A stretch of 64,000 bases of DNA. Source: Firmicutes bacterium UBA5774. Its GTDB lineage: Bacteria > Bacillota > Clostridia > Peptostreptococcales > Anaerovoracaceae. The notes below the pieces were generated by a model, which saw only the letters and a program-made list of their open reading frames with translations, was not told where the DNA came from and searched no databases. This document shows, piece after piece, positions 54,394-63,035 of the stretch. Location of the stretch: the NCBI GenBank assembly GCA_002418625.1, contig DIEM01000059.1, positions 13,451-77,450 on the forward strand. Reading direction: 5' to 3'. The first letter of the stretch is position 1; every line of letters starts with the position of its first letter. The translations under genes and the position numbers were made by a program.

Positions 54394-55179
54394 GTGACAG
54401 GTTTGGGAAAAGCAATCGCAATATTCAACCAGAAAGGCGGCGTCGGGAAAACCACAACAAATATAAATCTCGCCGCATGTCTTGCTTTAAAGGGTAAGAA
54501 GGTCCTTATTCTGGATATTGATCCGCAGGGGAATACGACCAGCGGTATGGGGATCAACAAGAAAGGGCTGGAGAAGACCATGTATGAAGTCCTTATCAAC
54601 GATCAGCTCAAGCCAAAAGACGCAATCATGCATACGTCGATCAAGAATCTGGACATCATACCGGCCAGCGTGCAGCTGGCAGGCGCAGAAATCGAGCTTG
54701 TGCAGCTGGAATCGCGCGAGAAGAGGCTTAAGAAGGCGATCGATACGATCAAGGACATGTATGATTATATTTTCATAGATTGTCCGCCATCGTTGGGATT
54801 GCTGACGATCAACTCATTGACGGCAGTCGACAGCGTATTGATACCGATCCAATGTGAATTTTACGCGCTGGAGGGAGTAAGCCAGCTTATGAGCACAATA
54901 GAGCTTGTAAAGAAGAATCTGAATAAGAATCTGGAAATACAGGGAGTTATCCTCAGCATGTTCGACGGGCGAACGAATTTGTCGATCCAGGTCGTTGAGG
55001 AAGTGAAAAAGTATTTCAGGGAAAAAGTCTATACGACTGTAATCCCAAGGAATGTGAGACTTGCTGAAGCGCCGAGCTACGGCCTGCCGATCACAGAGTA
55101 CGACAGGAAATCAAAAGGCGCCGAAGCATATTTGGATTTCGCCGATGAATTTTTGGAGCTGGAGGAAGAAAAACGATGA
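54394..55179 (+). CDS. soj: Chromosome partitioning ATPase ParA/Soj
   Basis: 261 aa. GTG start. Deviant Walker A NQKGGVGKTTT. Confidence 0.93.
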   Translation: MTGLGKAIAIFNQKGGVGKTTTNINLAACLALKGKKVLILDIDPQGNTTSGMGINKKGLEKTMYEVLINDQLKPKDAIMHTSIKNLDIIPASVQLAGAEIELVQLESREKRLKKAIDTIKDMYDYIFIDCPPSLGLLTINSLTAVDSVLIPIQCEFYALEGVSQLMSTIELVKKNLNKNLEIQGVILSMFDGRTNLSIQVVEEVKKYFREKVYTTVIPRNVRLAEAPSYGLPITEYDRKSKGAEAYLDFADEFLELEEEKR

Positions 55180-56066
55180 CGGCAGCGAAAAATTCCGGAC
55201 TGGGCAGAGGGCTGGAAGCGCTTTTTAACGATGTTCAGATAAATATCGATCGCGGCGGCAGAGATTTGGAACCAAGCGGCAACGAGATCCTCTTTATCAG
55301 CATCAATGATATAAAGCCGAATTCAAATCAGCCCAGGAAAACTTTCAGCGATGACAAGATTGAAGAATTGGCGCAATCCATCAAGGTTCACGGCGTTATT
55401 CAGCCAATCATGGTCCAGAAGGCAGAAAAAGGATATGAGATCGTTGCCGGAGAGCGTAGGTGGCGCGCTGCGCGCAAGGCGCAGATCAAAGAACTTCCGT
55501 GCATCATCAGGCAGCTTGACGAACGCGAAAACATGCTGGTTGCAATCATCGAAAACATGCAGAGAGAAGATCTGAACGCGATAGAAGAAGCGCTGGCATT
55601 CGAACAGATGACCAGAAAATTTGATTTGACACAGGAAGACATTTCAAAAAGTGTAGGCAAGAGCAGGCCATATATAACGAATACGATAAGATTGTTAAAG
55701 CTGGATCAGGAAATCCAGCAATATATAATGGAAGGAAAGCTGTCCGGTGGGCATGCGAGGGCGATTCTGTCGATCAAGGATATCAAAAGGCAGCATGCCG
55801 TCGCAAGGATGATTATCGATAAAGGATTGTCGGTGAGGCAAGTCGAACAGATCGCCGGCGAAGAGGCGGCTGCCAAAGACAGGAAGAAGCCTCTTAAAAG
55901 AAGGATTGTGGACAGCGAGATCGCTTCGGTCGAAAACGAACTGAAAACTGTATTCGGCACCAAGGTATCCATTACACATGGGAAAAAGAGAGGAAAGATC
56001 GAAATAGACTACTACAGCAAGGAAGAGCTGGAAAGACTCATCGAGCTGTTCCTTAGCCTTAAATAA
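55176..56066 (+). CDS. spo0J: Chromosome partitioning protein ParB/Spo0J
   Basis: 296 aa. ParB box IVAGERRWRAA and HTH region. 4-nt overlap with parA. Confidence 0.93.
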   Translation: MTAAKNSGLGRGLEALFNDVQINIDRGGRDLEPSGNEILFISINDIKPNSNQPRKTFSDDKIEELAQSIKVHGVIQPIMVQKAEKGYEIVAGERRWRAARKAQIKELPCIIRQLDERENMLVAIIENMQREDLNAIEEALAFEQMTRKFDLTQEDISKSVGKSRPYITNTIRLLKLDQEIQQYIMEGKLSGGHARAILSIKDIKRQHAVARMIIDKGLSVRQVEQIAGEEAAAKDRKKPLKRRIVDSEIASVENELKTVFGTKVSITHGKKRGKIEIDYYSKEELERLIELFLSLK

Positions 56067-56090
56067 GGATGAGAGAACGATCCGGAGTGA

Positions 56091-56106
56091 TGTTTCACGT
56101 GAAACA
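56091..56106. other. parS centromere-like site
   Basis: A second exact copy of TGTTTCACGTGAAACA, 25 nt after the parB stop. Confidence 0.85.
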
Positions 56107-56121
56107 AACCATGGAGGAGAT

Positions 56122-56565
56122 ATGAAAATACTAATAATAAACGGTCCAAACTTAAATATGCTTGGAATCAGGGAGCCTGAGATCTATGGAAGCATGACCC
56201 TTGATCAGCTGAATGAAAGAGTTGAACGGGAGGCGGCGTCGCTGGGGATCGAAACGGAATTTTATCAATCGAACCATGAGGGCAGCATTATTGATAAAAT
56301 CCAGGAGAGCTATGGGAAAATAGACGGTCTGATTATTAACCCCGGTGCGTTTACGCATTATAGCTATGCTATTCGGGACGCGCTGGCTTCTGTTGATTAT
56401 CCCGCTGTGGAAGTACATCTCAGCGATATTACCATGCGCGAGTATTTTAGAAGGACTTCAGTCATTGAAGATGTTGCTGCAAGGCAGATCTACGGCAAGG
56501 GCGTTGATTCTTACATCGAGGCGGTCCATTATTTTTACGGCAAAAACAAACATGAAGGCCGATGA
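56122..56565 (+). CDS. aroQ: Type II 3-dehydroquinate dehydratase
   Basis: 147 aa. ILIINGPNLNMLGIREPEIYG, QSNHEG, INPGAFTHYSYAIRDA. Confidence 0.92.
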   Translation: MKILIINGPNLNMLGIREPEIYGSMTLDQLNERVEREAASLGIETEFYQSNHEGSIIDKIQESYGKIDGLIINPGAFTHYSYAIRDALASVDYPAVEVHLSDITMREYFRRTSVIEDVAARQIYGKGVDSYIEAVHYFYGKNKHEGR

Positions 56566-56590
56566 TTTTACGGAAATCAGGTGAAAGCAA

Positions 56591-57505
56591 ATGGATGGAT
56601 GCAAGCAAGTTCTTTCAGATATAATAACGAGTGAAGCCGCAAGGTCTGAATACAACAGTTTCTATGCGCTTGAACTGTTAGGAGAACCCATGTGGGAGCC
56701 TCCGATCATCGGATTTGCTTCAGGAGCAGATGCGTATTTTCAATTCTGCAGGAGCGACATCGGAGAATTCTTCTGGACGCCATCGGAAGCTTTTCAATTG
56801 AAATTCAAGGAGCGGCCGCGAAAGGACAGCGATTTGACAGTCGTCAGTATTGCATATCCGCAGACAAAGGCCACAAAGGCGGATCAGCGCGTCAGCTGCG
56901 GGCGTCCCAGTGCCAGGTGGTCTGTTACAAGAGGGGAATGGGAAAAGTTCAATAGCAGTGTGTGCGCGAAGGCGTTGGCTGAAATGGAAAATATTGGAAT
57001 TTGCGCAGTAGCGATCGATTTGCTGCCGGAATTCAGGAACCGGAATTCCATCAAGTACGGGGCCGCTTCAAGCTGGTCCCACCGACATGCCGCTTATGCA
57101 GCAGGGCTTGGAACATTCGGGCTCTCGGACGGACTTATTACGAGACGCGGCAAGGCCATGCGCTTCACGACGATCATTGTCGATAAAATAGTAGAGGCAG
57201 ATGCGAGGCCATACAGTCAATACAATGAATGGTGCCTCTTTTATAAGGACGAGACATGCGGAGAATGTGTCATAAGATGTCCTGTTGGCGCAATCAGTAA
57301 AGCCGGGCATGATAAAATGCGATGCGAGGCGTATCTGGAGCATTTGCTGAAGAATATCCCGCCGCAGATCGCGGCAGAAGATAAGAGCCATTACTACGGC
57401 TGCGGCTTGTGCCAAAGCAGGATCCCCTGTGAGGATGGGATCCCGGAAAGAGCAGCTGTTGGGATGCAGGGAAAGGAACGGGGAAATGACGGAGAGGAAA
57501 ATTGA
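56591..57505 (+). CDS. 4Fe-4S dicluster protein, epoxyqueuosine-reductase/reductive-dehalogenase-like
   Basis: 304 aa. SHRHAAYAAGLGTFGLSDGLIT resembles the QueG core. Cys motifs are CGECVIRCP and CGLCQSRIPC. Subfamily uncertain. Confidence 0.6.
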   Translation: MDGCKQVLSDIITSEAARSEYNSFYALELLGEPMWEPPIIGFASGADAYFQFCRSDIGEFFWTPSEAFQLKFKERPRKDSDLTVVSIAYPQTKATKADQRVSCGRPSARWSVTRGEWEKFNSSVCAKALAEMENIGICAVAIDLLPEFRNRNSIKYGAASSWSHRHAAYAAGLGTFGLSDGLITRRGKAMRFTTIIVDKIVEADARPYSQYNEWCLFYKDETCGECVIRCPVGAISKAGHDKMRCEAYLEHLLKNIPPQIAAEDKSHYYGCGLCQSRIPCEDGIPERAAVGMQGKERGNDGEEN

Positions 57506-58601
57506 AAGCTACGAAGAAAACCTGATGGATCAAGTGATTGAGAACATGGAATATATGGTTCGCGTACTGGATCAGGAAGACAATGTCATATACATGAACA
57601 AGAAAATGCGTGAGGAATTTGGAGACTTTACATGTCAGAAGTGTTTCAATCTCATTGGCGCAAACGAGAAATGCGTTGATTGCATTTCTTCGACGTGCCA
57701 GAAGACAGGGAAGGCCGAAAGCAAGGATGTTCAATACGGAGAACGTATTTTCAAAGTCATTGCGTCTCCGGCAAAAACAGAAACTGACAAAAATTATGCC
57801 ATCGAACTGTTTCACGATATAACGGTACAAAAGGTTCTGCAGGAAGAGATATTAAATCAGTATGATAAAATGAAAACCGACCTTGAATTTGCGAAGCAGA
57901 TCCAAAATCGGGTATTGCCTATAAGCGATACGTATTGGGACGCGGTGCGGTTTGATGCAGCTTATGTTCCGAGCGAGGATCTGGGCGGGGATATTTTCGA
58001 TTTGATACGAATCGATGACAACCATATCTTGTTCTATATGGCGGATGTTTCGGGACACGGCATAAAATCATCACTTTTGACGATGTTCCTGAGGCAGGCG
58101 ATCCGGGGCAATAAGAGCGACGCGCTGGATCTTTGGAAGATGCTGACGGAAATCATCAAGGGCTATAATGATTTAAAATTGGGTGATGAATGCTACGTTT
58201 CAATCATTTTTGGATTATATGACATACAAAACAAAGTGGTGACTTTTGTAAATGCCGGGCACAACAGTCTGCCCATTCATATAAAGAGCGTTGGAGAACC
58301 TGAAGAAATCAAAATTTACGGAATGCCTGTCTGCAATCTGCTTAGTGAGGCGAATCACGATATCAAAATCATAAAAGTAGCACAGGGGGATAAAATCATC
58401 CTGCATACAGACGGTATATCAGAGGCATTTAATGAAGCGACGGGCGAGTATTTTTCGGATACACGGTTCAGTGAACTGATCAATGAAAACAGAAAAGAAA
58501 GCGGAGACGTTATCGTTAAGAAGGTGATTGACGAAGTCAAAAGTTTTGCCAGAGGCCAGCTTGCAGACGATGCGGCGATACTCACCTTTGAAATTCTATA
58601 A
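57486..58601 (+). CDS. PAS-like sensor domain + PP2C (SpoIIE/RsbU/RsbP-type) serine phosphatase
   Basis: Start set to ATG 57486 (20-nt overlap with the Fe-S gene); the ORF track starts at 57429. PP2C motifs are SEDLGGDIFD, MADVSGHG, NAGHN and LHTDGI. The N-terminal domain carries CQKCFNLIGANEKCVDCISSTC. Confidence 0.8.
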   Translation: MTERKIESYEENLMDQVIENMEYMVRVLDQEDNVIYMNKKMREEFGDFTCQKCFNLIGANEKCVDCISSTCQKTGKAESKDVQYGERIFKVIASPAKTETDKNYAIELFHDITVQKVLQEEILNQYDKMKTDLEFAKQIQNRVLPISDTYWDAVRFDAAYVPSEDLGGDIFDLIRIDDNHILFYMADVSGHGIKSSLLTMFLRQAIRGNKSDALDLWKMLTEIIKGYNDLKLGDECYVSIIFGLYDIQNKVVTFVNAGHNSLPIHIKSVGEPEEIKIYGMPVCNLLSEANHDIKIIKVAQGDKIILHTDGISEAFNEATGEYFSDTRFSELINENRKESGDVIVKKVIDEVKSFARGQLADDAAILTFEIL

Positions 58602-58631
58602 AGGAAAGCCGGTCAAGCTTTGCTCAAACGA

Positions 58632-59189
58632 TCATGCGTCTGTTTTGGGACGGATTTCAAGAATGCCCATATTGGCCAATGCATCGGCCCGATTGTTCAT
58701 TTCGGTTACTTTTAGAAAATCCTCCATAGTAAAAGCAGGGCCGTTCCATTCGACAAACTTCTGATAGAGTTTGTCGAGATCCGTACTTTTACTTTTCAGG
58801 TTGACATGGCCTTTGACGCGATAGAAGCGGATATCATGCTTTTCCAGATAAAATAGCAAGGCCTCCCAAAGATCCCGGTTTTCAACGTCGGCTTTCTTTC
58901 CGGTTTTCCAATTGTTGAGGCGCCATTTATCATACCATCTGTCCCTGAAGCAATTCATCAGATAGGAGCTGTCGGAAAAAACACGAATCACCTGGCGGTC
59001 CTTCTTGAGGGCCTCCAGTGCAAAAAGCAGCGCCTTCATTTCCATCCGGTTGTTGGTGGTGTCCGCTTCGCCGCCGAATAATTCCTTCCGGTGCTGTCCG
59101 TATTCAAGTATGGCGCCCCATCCGCCGGCGTTCGTCTCGTTCTGGTTTCCGGAGCACGCCCCGTCAGTGTATATATTGATGTATTGCAT
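58632..59189 (-). CDS. rnhA: Ribonuclease HI
   Basis: Start set to ATG 59189 (MQYINIYTDGAC). Catalytic residues lie in TDGAC, NNRMEMKA, FSDSSY and NNRADALA. About 35 aa are inserted between KGH and the last acidic motif. Confidence 0.85.
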   Translation of the reverse strand: MQYINIYTDGACSGNQNETNAGGWGAILEYGQHRKELFGGEADTTNNRMEMKALLFALEALKKDRQVIRVFSDSSYLMNCFRDRWYDKWRLNNWKTGKKADVENRDLWEALLFYLEKHDIRFYRVKGHVNLKSKSTDLDKLYQKFVEWNGPAFTMEDFLKVTEMNNRADALANMGILEIRPKTDA

Positions 59190-59400
59190 TGATCCGCTCC
59201 TGACTGGCTGAATATTTCTTTTTCTATTATGCAACAGATTGATGCCCATGACAATAAAGAAGGCTGAATAATGTTTCGATTAAGGAAAATGTAAAATGTT
59301 CTTAAAGCCGTTGTAACACGTTTGTAATAATTGTGGGGTATACTAATCACAACTGACAGTATAGGTGTATTTATTCATAGGTAAGAAAGGAGGAGGTTTC

Positions 59401-59946
59401 ATGAAAAAAGTCACTATGGCCGTTGTCATTGCTTTAGTAATGATGTTTAGCTCACTATTTGCATACGCGGATACGGACGCCAATGTAGTCGTTGTCAATC
59501 CGGGGCAGTATAGCACGGTCTATTCCGATAATCTCCTCATTTCTGTAAAAATCCTTGAGCCAAAGACGATCAGGGTATCTTTTTATGAAGAACTGGAAGT
59601 CAGAAACGATGTCGCAGTGACGGTCAATGTCAATAATATCAACAGCACGGAAGACCTGCTTGCCATAGCGGATTTGACCAGCGTCCTGATGTGCGACAGG
59701 GATTATTTCGATTGCACGAATTATCTGAGCTTTTATACGAAAAGCATGAGTGATCTGGCCCCCGGACTATATAGGGTGCGCGTCGATACGCTCGACAGTT
59801 ATGGTTATGTGGCATATACAACGAACACATACGTTATCATCAAAGACAAGAGCCTTGAGGAAGCAGACGCCAGCGTTTTTCTCGATACCGAGCCAACGAC
59901 GCTGCAACGGCTGCAGAATTTCTTTACGAACATATTCGGAAATTAA
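59401..59946 (+). CDS. Secreted protein of unknown function
   Basis: Start set to ATG 59401 (GAAAGGAGGAGG RBS). Signal peptide MKKVTMAVVIALVMMFSSLFAYA. Beta-rich mature part. Confidence 0.5.
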   Translation: MKKVTMAVVIALVMMFSSLFAYADTDANVVVVNPGQYSTVYSDNLLISVKILEPKTIRVSFYEELEVRNDVAVTVNVNNINSTEDLLAIADLTSVLMCDRDYFDCTNYLSFYTKSMSDLAPGLYRVRVDTLDSYGYVAYTTNTYVIIKDKSLEEADASVFLDTEPTTLQRLQNFFTNIFGN

Positions 59947-59961
59947 GGTGGCGATCACCTG

Positions 59962-61452
59962 ATGAAAAGGCCATTTAAAAAGGAAAGATTCAAAACGATA
60001 ATGATAGTAGTATTGTTCGTTGTGACAATACTACTATTGTATTTTTTGTGGGAAGACAGTTTCAAGAGAAGTCTGCGTTTACCAATGGATCTTTTAAGCC
60101 AGGGCAATGATGCGCCGGTGACGGAATTGAGTGAAATCATGGATCCGGCCAGGCTGGTCGTGAATTTCGGCGGGGAGACACACACCATATTGACGGGAAA
60201 ACAGCTCGGGCAATGGGACGCTTTGGTAGCTGAATTTGGAAAATTCAGCGAAGCGGGTACTGTCACGCTGAAAGAAATAACAAAGGCACAGTATGATGAA
60301 GCACTGAAGGTTCGATCAGTCAGGGCGGAATTCAGCTATTGGCTGCCATTTACAGATACGCTGGCGTATTTTGATATAGCGGCAGGAGCCGACTACAGCA
60401 AGGTCGAAGCTTTTTCGGCGATCGCTTATTCGACGGCGATCCCCGAGAGTATTCTGGTATATGATGGTAAAAACAAGAAATATTACAGGCTGACGGCGGA
60501 AACGGATCGAACAGCCATCGGCGTGATCATTGACGAGATAGAGGCCGGCAGATTCGGAGCCTATTTTCCAATGGGGAGTTTTTTGGGTATCAGCAATCCG
60601 ACGCTCATGCCGATCGCGCTTCAAACAAACATGAGGGCACTGCCGTTTGACATTGAGATTAAATATTACGAGGAGGAGAAAATCGTTGACTATGCGAAAA
60701 CCTTTTTTGGTGAAGGGTTCGATTTTGTCCGAAAAATCACGGAGAACGATGGAACGGTCATTTACATGTATGGATATGGGCAAAAGAATCTGATCATCGA
60801 CCCCAACGGCACGATTGAATACAGGGAAGAGCTGAACGATACGGGTGCCGCCCAGGTTAAGTTTTATGAAGCCATGGACACAGCGCTCCTGTTCATCGAT
60901 ACCCATGGCGGATGGTCGAGCCTGAATGATTCGGAATTGACCCCGTACTTGAAAAAGGTCAATGAAATCAAAATAGACGATGTAAAGGGATATGAATTTA
61001 TTTTCGGAATGATGATCGACGGAAACCCGCTCTTCTATACTGACAACGCTGAAATCCTGAGTGTTGGCGTTGTTGGCGGAAAAGTGGTCAGGTTTAAAAG
61101 GGAAATGACGGACATTGAGGCGAATATACTGACGGAAGTCTCAGAAAGAGCCGTTCGCGATACGTTGGATCCAATCAACATACTCACAGAAAACTATAAA
61201 TTCATTAAAAGTGTGCTGAATGAGAATGGAATCACGGTGGCAGGCGAAACAGACACGGAACTGTTTGAAAACACCGCATCACTGATTGACAGAATAGAAA
61301 CAGGCTATGTTCGCATTGAGAATGGCCAAAGCACCCGGCAAAAGGAGATCTATCCAGCCTGGGCATTTACGGTAGGGAAAATAAGAATTTACTTCAACAT
61401 ATACACCGGAGAAATACTGGGAACCTCCGGCGGTGCGCAGGGGGGATCCTGA
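59962..61452 (+). CDS. yycH: YycH-like regulatory protein (WalK activity modulator family)
   Basis: 496 aa. Single N-terminal TM IMIVVLFVVTILLLYFLW then a large extracytoplasmic part. Directly followed by yycI-like and yycJ-like genes. Assigned mainly by architecture and synteny. Confidence 0.55.
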   Translation: MKRPFKKERFKTIMIVVLFVVTILLLYFLWEDSFKRSLRLPMDLLSQGNDAPVTELSEIMDPARLVVNFGGETHTILTGKQLGQWDALVAEFGKFSEAGTVTLKEITKAQYDEALKVRSVRAEFSYWLPFTDTLAYFDIAAGADYSKVEAFSAIAYSTAIPESILVYDGKNKKYYRLTAETDRTAIGVIIDEIEAGRFGAYFPMGSFLGISNPTLMPIALQTNMRALPFDIEIKYYEEEKIVDYAKTFFGEGFDFVRKITENDGTVIYMYGYGQKNLIIDPNGTIEYREELNDTGAAQVKFYEAMDTALLFIDTHGGWSSLNDSELTPYLKKVNEIKIDDVKGYEFIFGMMIDGNPLFYTDNAEILSVGVVGGKVVRFKREMTDIEANILTEVSERAVRDTLDPINILTENYKFIKSVLNENGITVAGETDTELFENTASLIDRIETGYVRIENGQSTRQKEIYPAWAFTVGKIRIYFNIYTGEILGTSGGAQGGS

Positions 61453-62186
61453 TGGACTGGACGAGAGCAAAAAGCATTCTGATCATCGCCCTGCTGATAA
61501 CGAATCTGGTTATTGGCGGCTCGATCGTTTATCAAAATATCGTTGAAGCAGAAGCAAAAAAGACGTTTCTAAACAACACGCTCGACATTTTAGAACAGAA
61601 GAATATACATATTGAATGTGAAATCCCGGACGATCGCGTAAAAATGCCGGTTCTTTCTGTTGAATATGATGATCTCGACCAGACGATTTTACGCGGACAG
61701 CTTTCGCTTATGGAAGCGCTTCCGGAGTCTTCCCGCAGTGAAAAGGACATTGTGGCGCTGGCGAACAAGGCGCTGGAAAAATCCGGGATCATGACAGATA
61801 ATGTCGAATATGATAGGATCGAGGAGTCCGACGGAAAGACAACCGTCTATTATGTCAACAAGATAGACGGCGTATTGATCGAGGACAGCTATATACAATG
61901 TGTCGTTGAGGATGGAAAAGCAGTCGATATCAAACGCCTCTGGCTGGAGCCCGTTGAACTCGGAAAAAACAAGAAGGAAGTCATCCCGATTGCGGAAGCG
62001 CTGATTCGGCTTATGCATGATAATCAGGAATTTGACGAGATCCGAGTCGAAGAAATTGAACTTGTCTTTTGGCTGGATACATCTTCTCTGGATCTGGGGT
62101 CCGCAATTTCAGATACGGCATTTCCGGCGTGGAAAATCACTTATAATAATGGTAGAATAAAGCATATAACAGCTTTCCGCCAATAG
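61452..62186 (+). CDS. yycI: YycI-like regulatory protein
   Basis: 244 aa. The MDWTRAKSILIIALLITNLVIGG N-terminus is the typical YycI opening. Start overlaps the yycH stop. Confidence 0.62.
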   Translation: MDWTRAKSILIIALLITNLVIGGSIVYQNIVEAEAKKTFLNNTLDILEQKNIHIECEIPDDRVKMPVLSVEYDDLDQTILRGQLSLMEALPESSRSEKDIVALANKALEKSGIMTDNVEYDRIEESDGKTTVYYVNKIDGVLIEDSYIQCVVEDGKAVDIKRLWLEPVELGKNKKEVIPIAEALIRLMHDNQEFDEIRVEEIELVFWLDTSSLDLGSAISDTAFPAWKITYNNGRIKHITAFRQ

Positions 62187-62228
62187 TGCGGCAATAATTC
62201 GACAGACGAAGCAGGGGAGATCAAATAA

Positions 62229-63020
62229 ATGGCATTAAGCTTTTGTTCATTTTCAAGCGGCAGCAGCGGCAACTGTTATTTGGTGGAATCGCCGGAAACC
62301 GCGCTTCTGGTTGATGCAGGGATCAGTGGCAGACGGATCCTGGAAGGACTTGCTGCAATCGGAAGCGATCAAAGCAAGCTGGCCGGATTGCTCGTGACCC
62401 ATGAGCATGTCGATCATATTCGCAGTATACGAACATTATCAAAAAAGAAGAGTCTTGATGTCTATGCCAATGAAAGCACTTGGGAAGCCATGGGCGTCCA
62501 GATAAGGGATGAAAATAAAAAAGTTTTTCTGACCGGTGAAGCATTCCGAATCGGAGATATAGAGGTCAAGCCGTTCAATGTTTTTCACGATGCGACGGAG
62601 CCGGTGGGTTTCTCGTTCTTTAACGGCGGCAAGCAGATCAGTATCGTTACAGACACGGGCTGCATAACAGATGAGATCATTGGCGAGATCGCGGCGGCGG
62701 ATTTGCTCGTTCTTGAAGCGAATCATGATGTCAACATGCTGAAAATCGGCAGATACCCATGGTTTTTAAAGCAGAGAGTGCTGGGAAACGAGGGGCATTT
62801 ATCCAACGAGGCGGCAGGGGAAGCTCTGCTCCAAATTCTTGAAAAGGATCAGAAGGAACGACGCGTTCTGCTTGCTCATTTAAGCAAGGAAAACAATTTC
62901 CCGCAGATGGCGTATCAGACAGTCAAAAACATGCTTGAAGAGAGAGAATTTTATATAGGAAGGCATATAGAAGTCAGCATGATCGTCAGAGATGAAATCA
63001 GCTGCGTTTATCAAACTTGA
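62229..63020 (+). CDS. yycJ: MBL-fold metallo-hydrolase YycJ/WalJ-like
   Basis: 263 aa. SSGSSGNCYLVE, THEHVDHI, ANHD. Confidence 0.85.
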   Translation: MALSFCSFSSGSSGNCYLVESPETALLVDAGISGRRILEGLAAIGSDQSKLAGLLVTHEHVDHIRSIRTLSKKKSLDVYANESTWEAMGVQIRDENKKVFLTGEAFRIGDIEVKPFNVFHDATEPVGFSFFNGGKQISIVTDTGCITDEIIGEIAAADLLVLEANHDVNMLKIGRYPWFLKQRVLGNEGHLSNEAAGEALLQILEKDQKERRVLLAHLSKENNFPQMAYQTVKNMLEEREFYIGRHIEVSMIVRDEISCVYQT

Positions 63021-63035
63021 TCGGGAGACGGAACT

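Noticed and set aside
59320-59341. Second sigma-B-like promoter (GTTTGT ... GGGTAT) upstream of the secreted-protein/yycH unit.
   Set aside because: The spacer between the two hexamers is only 10 nt, against 12-15 in known sigma-B promoters. It is probably chance.
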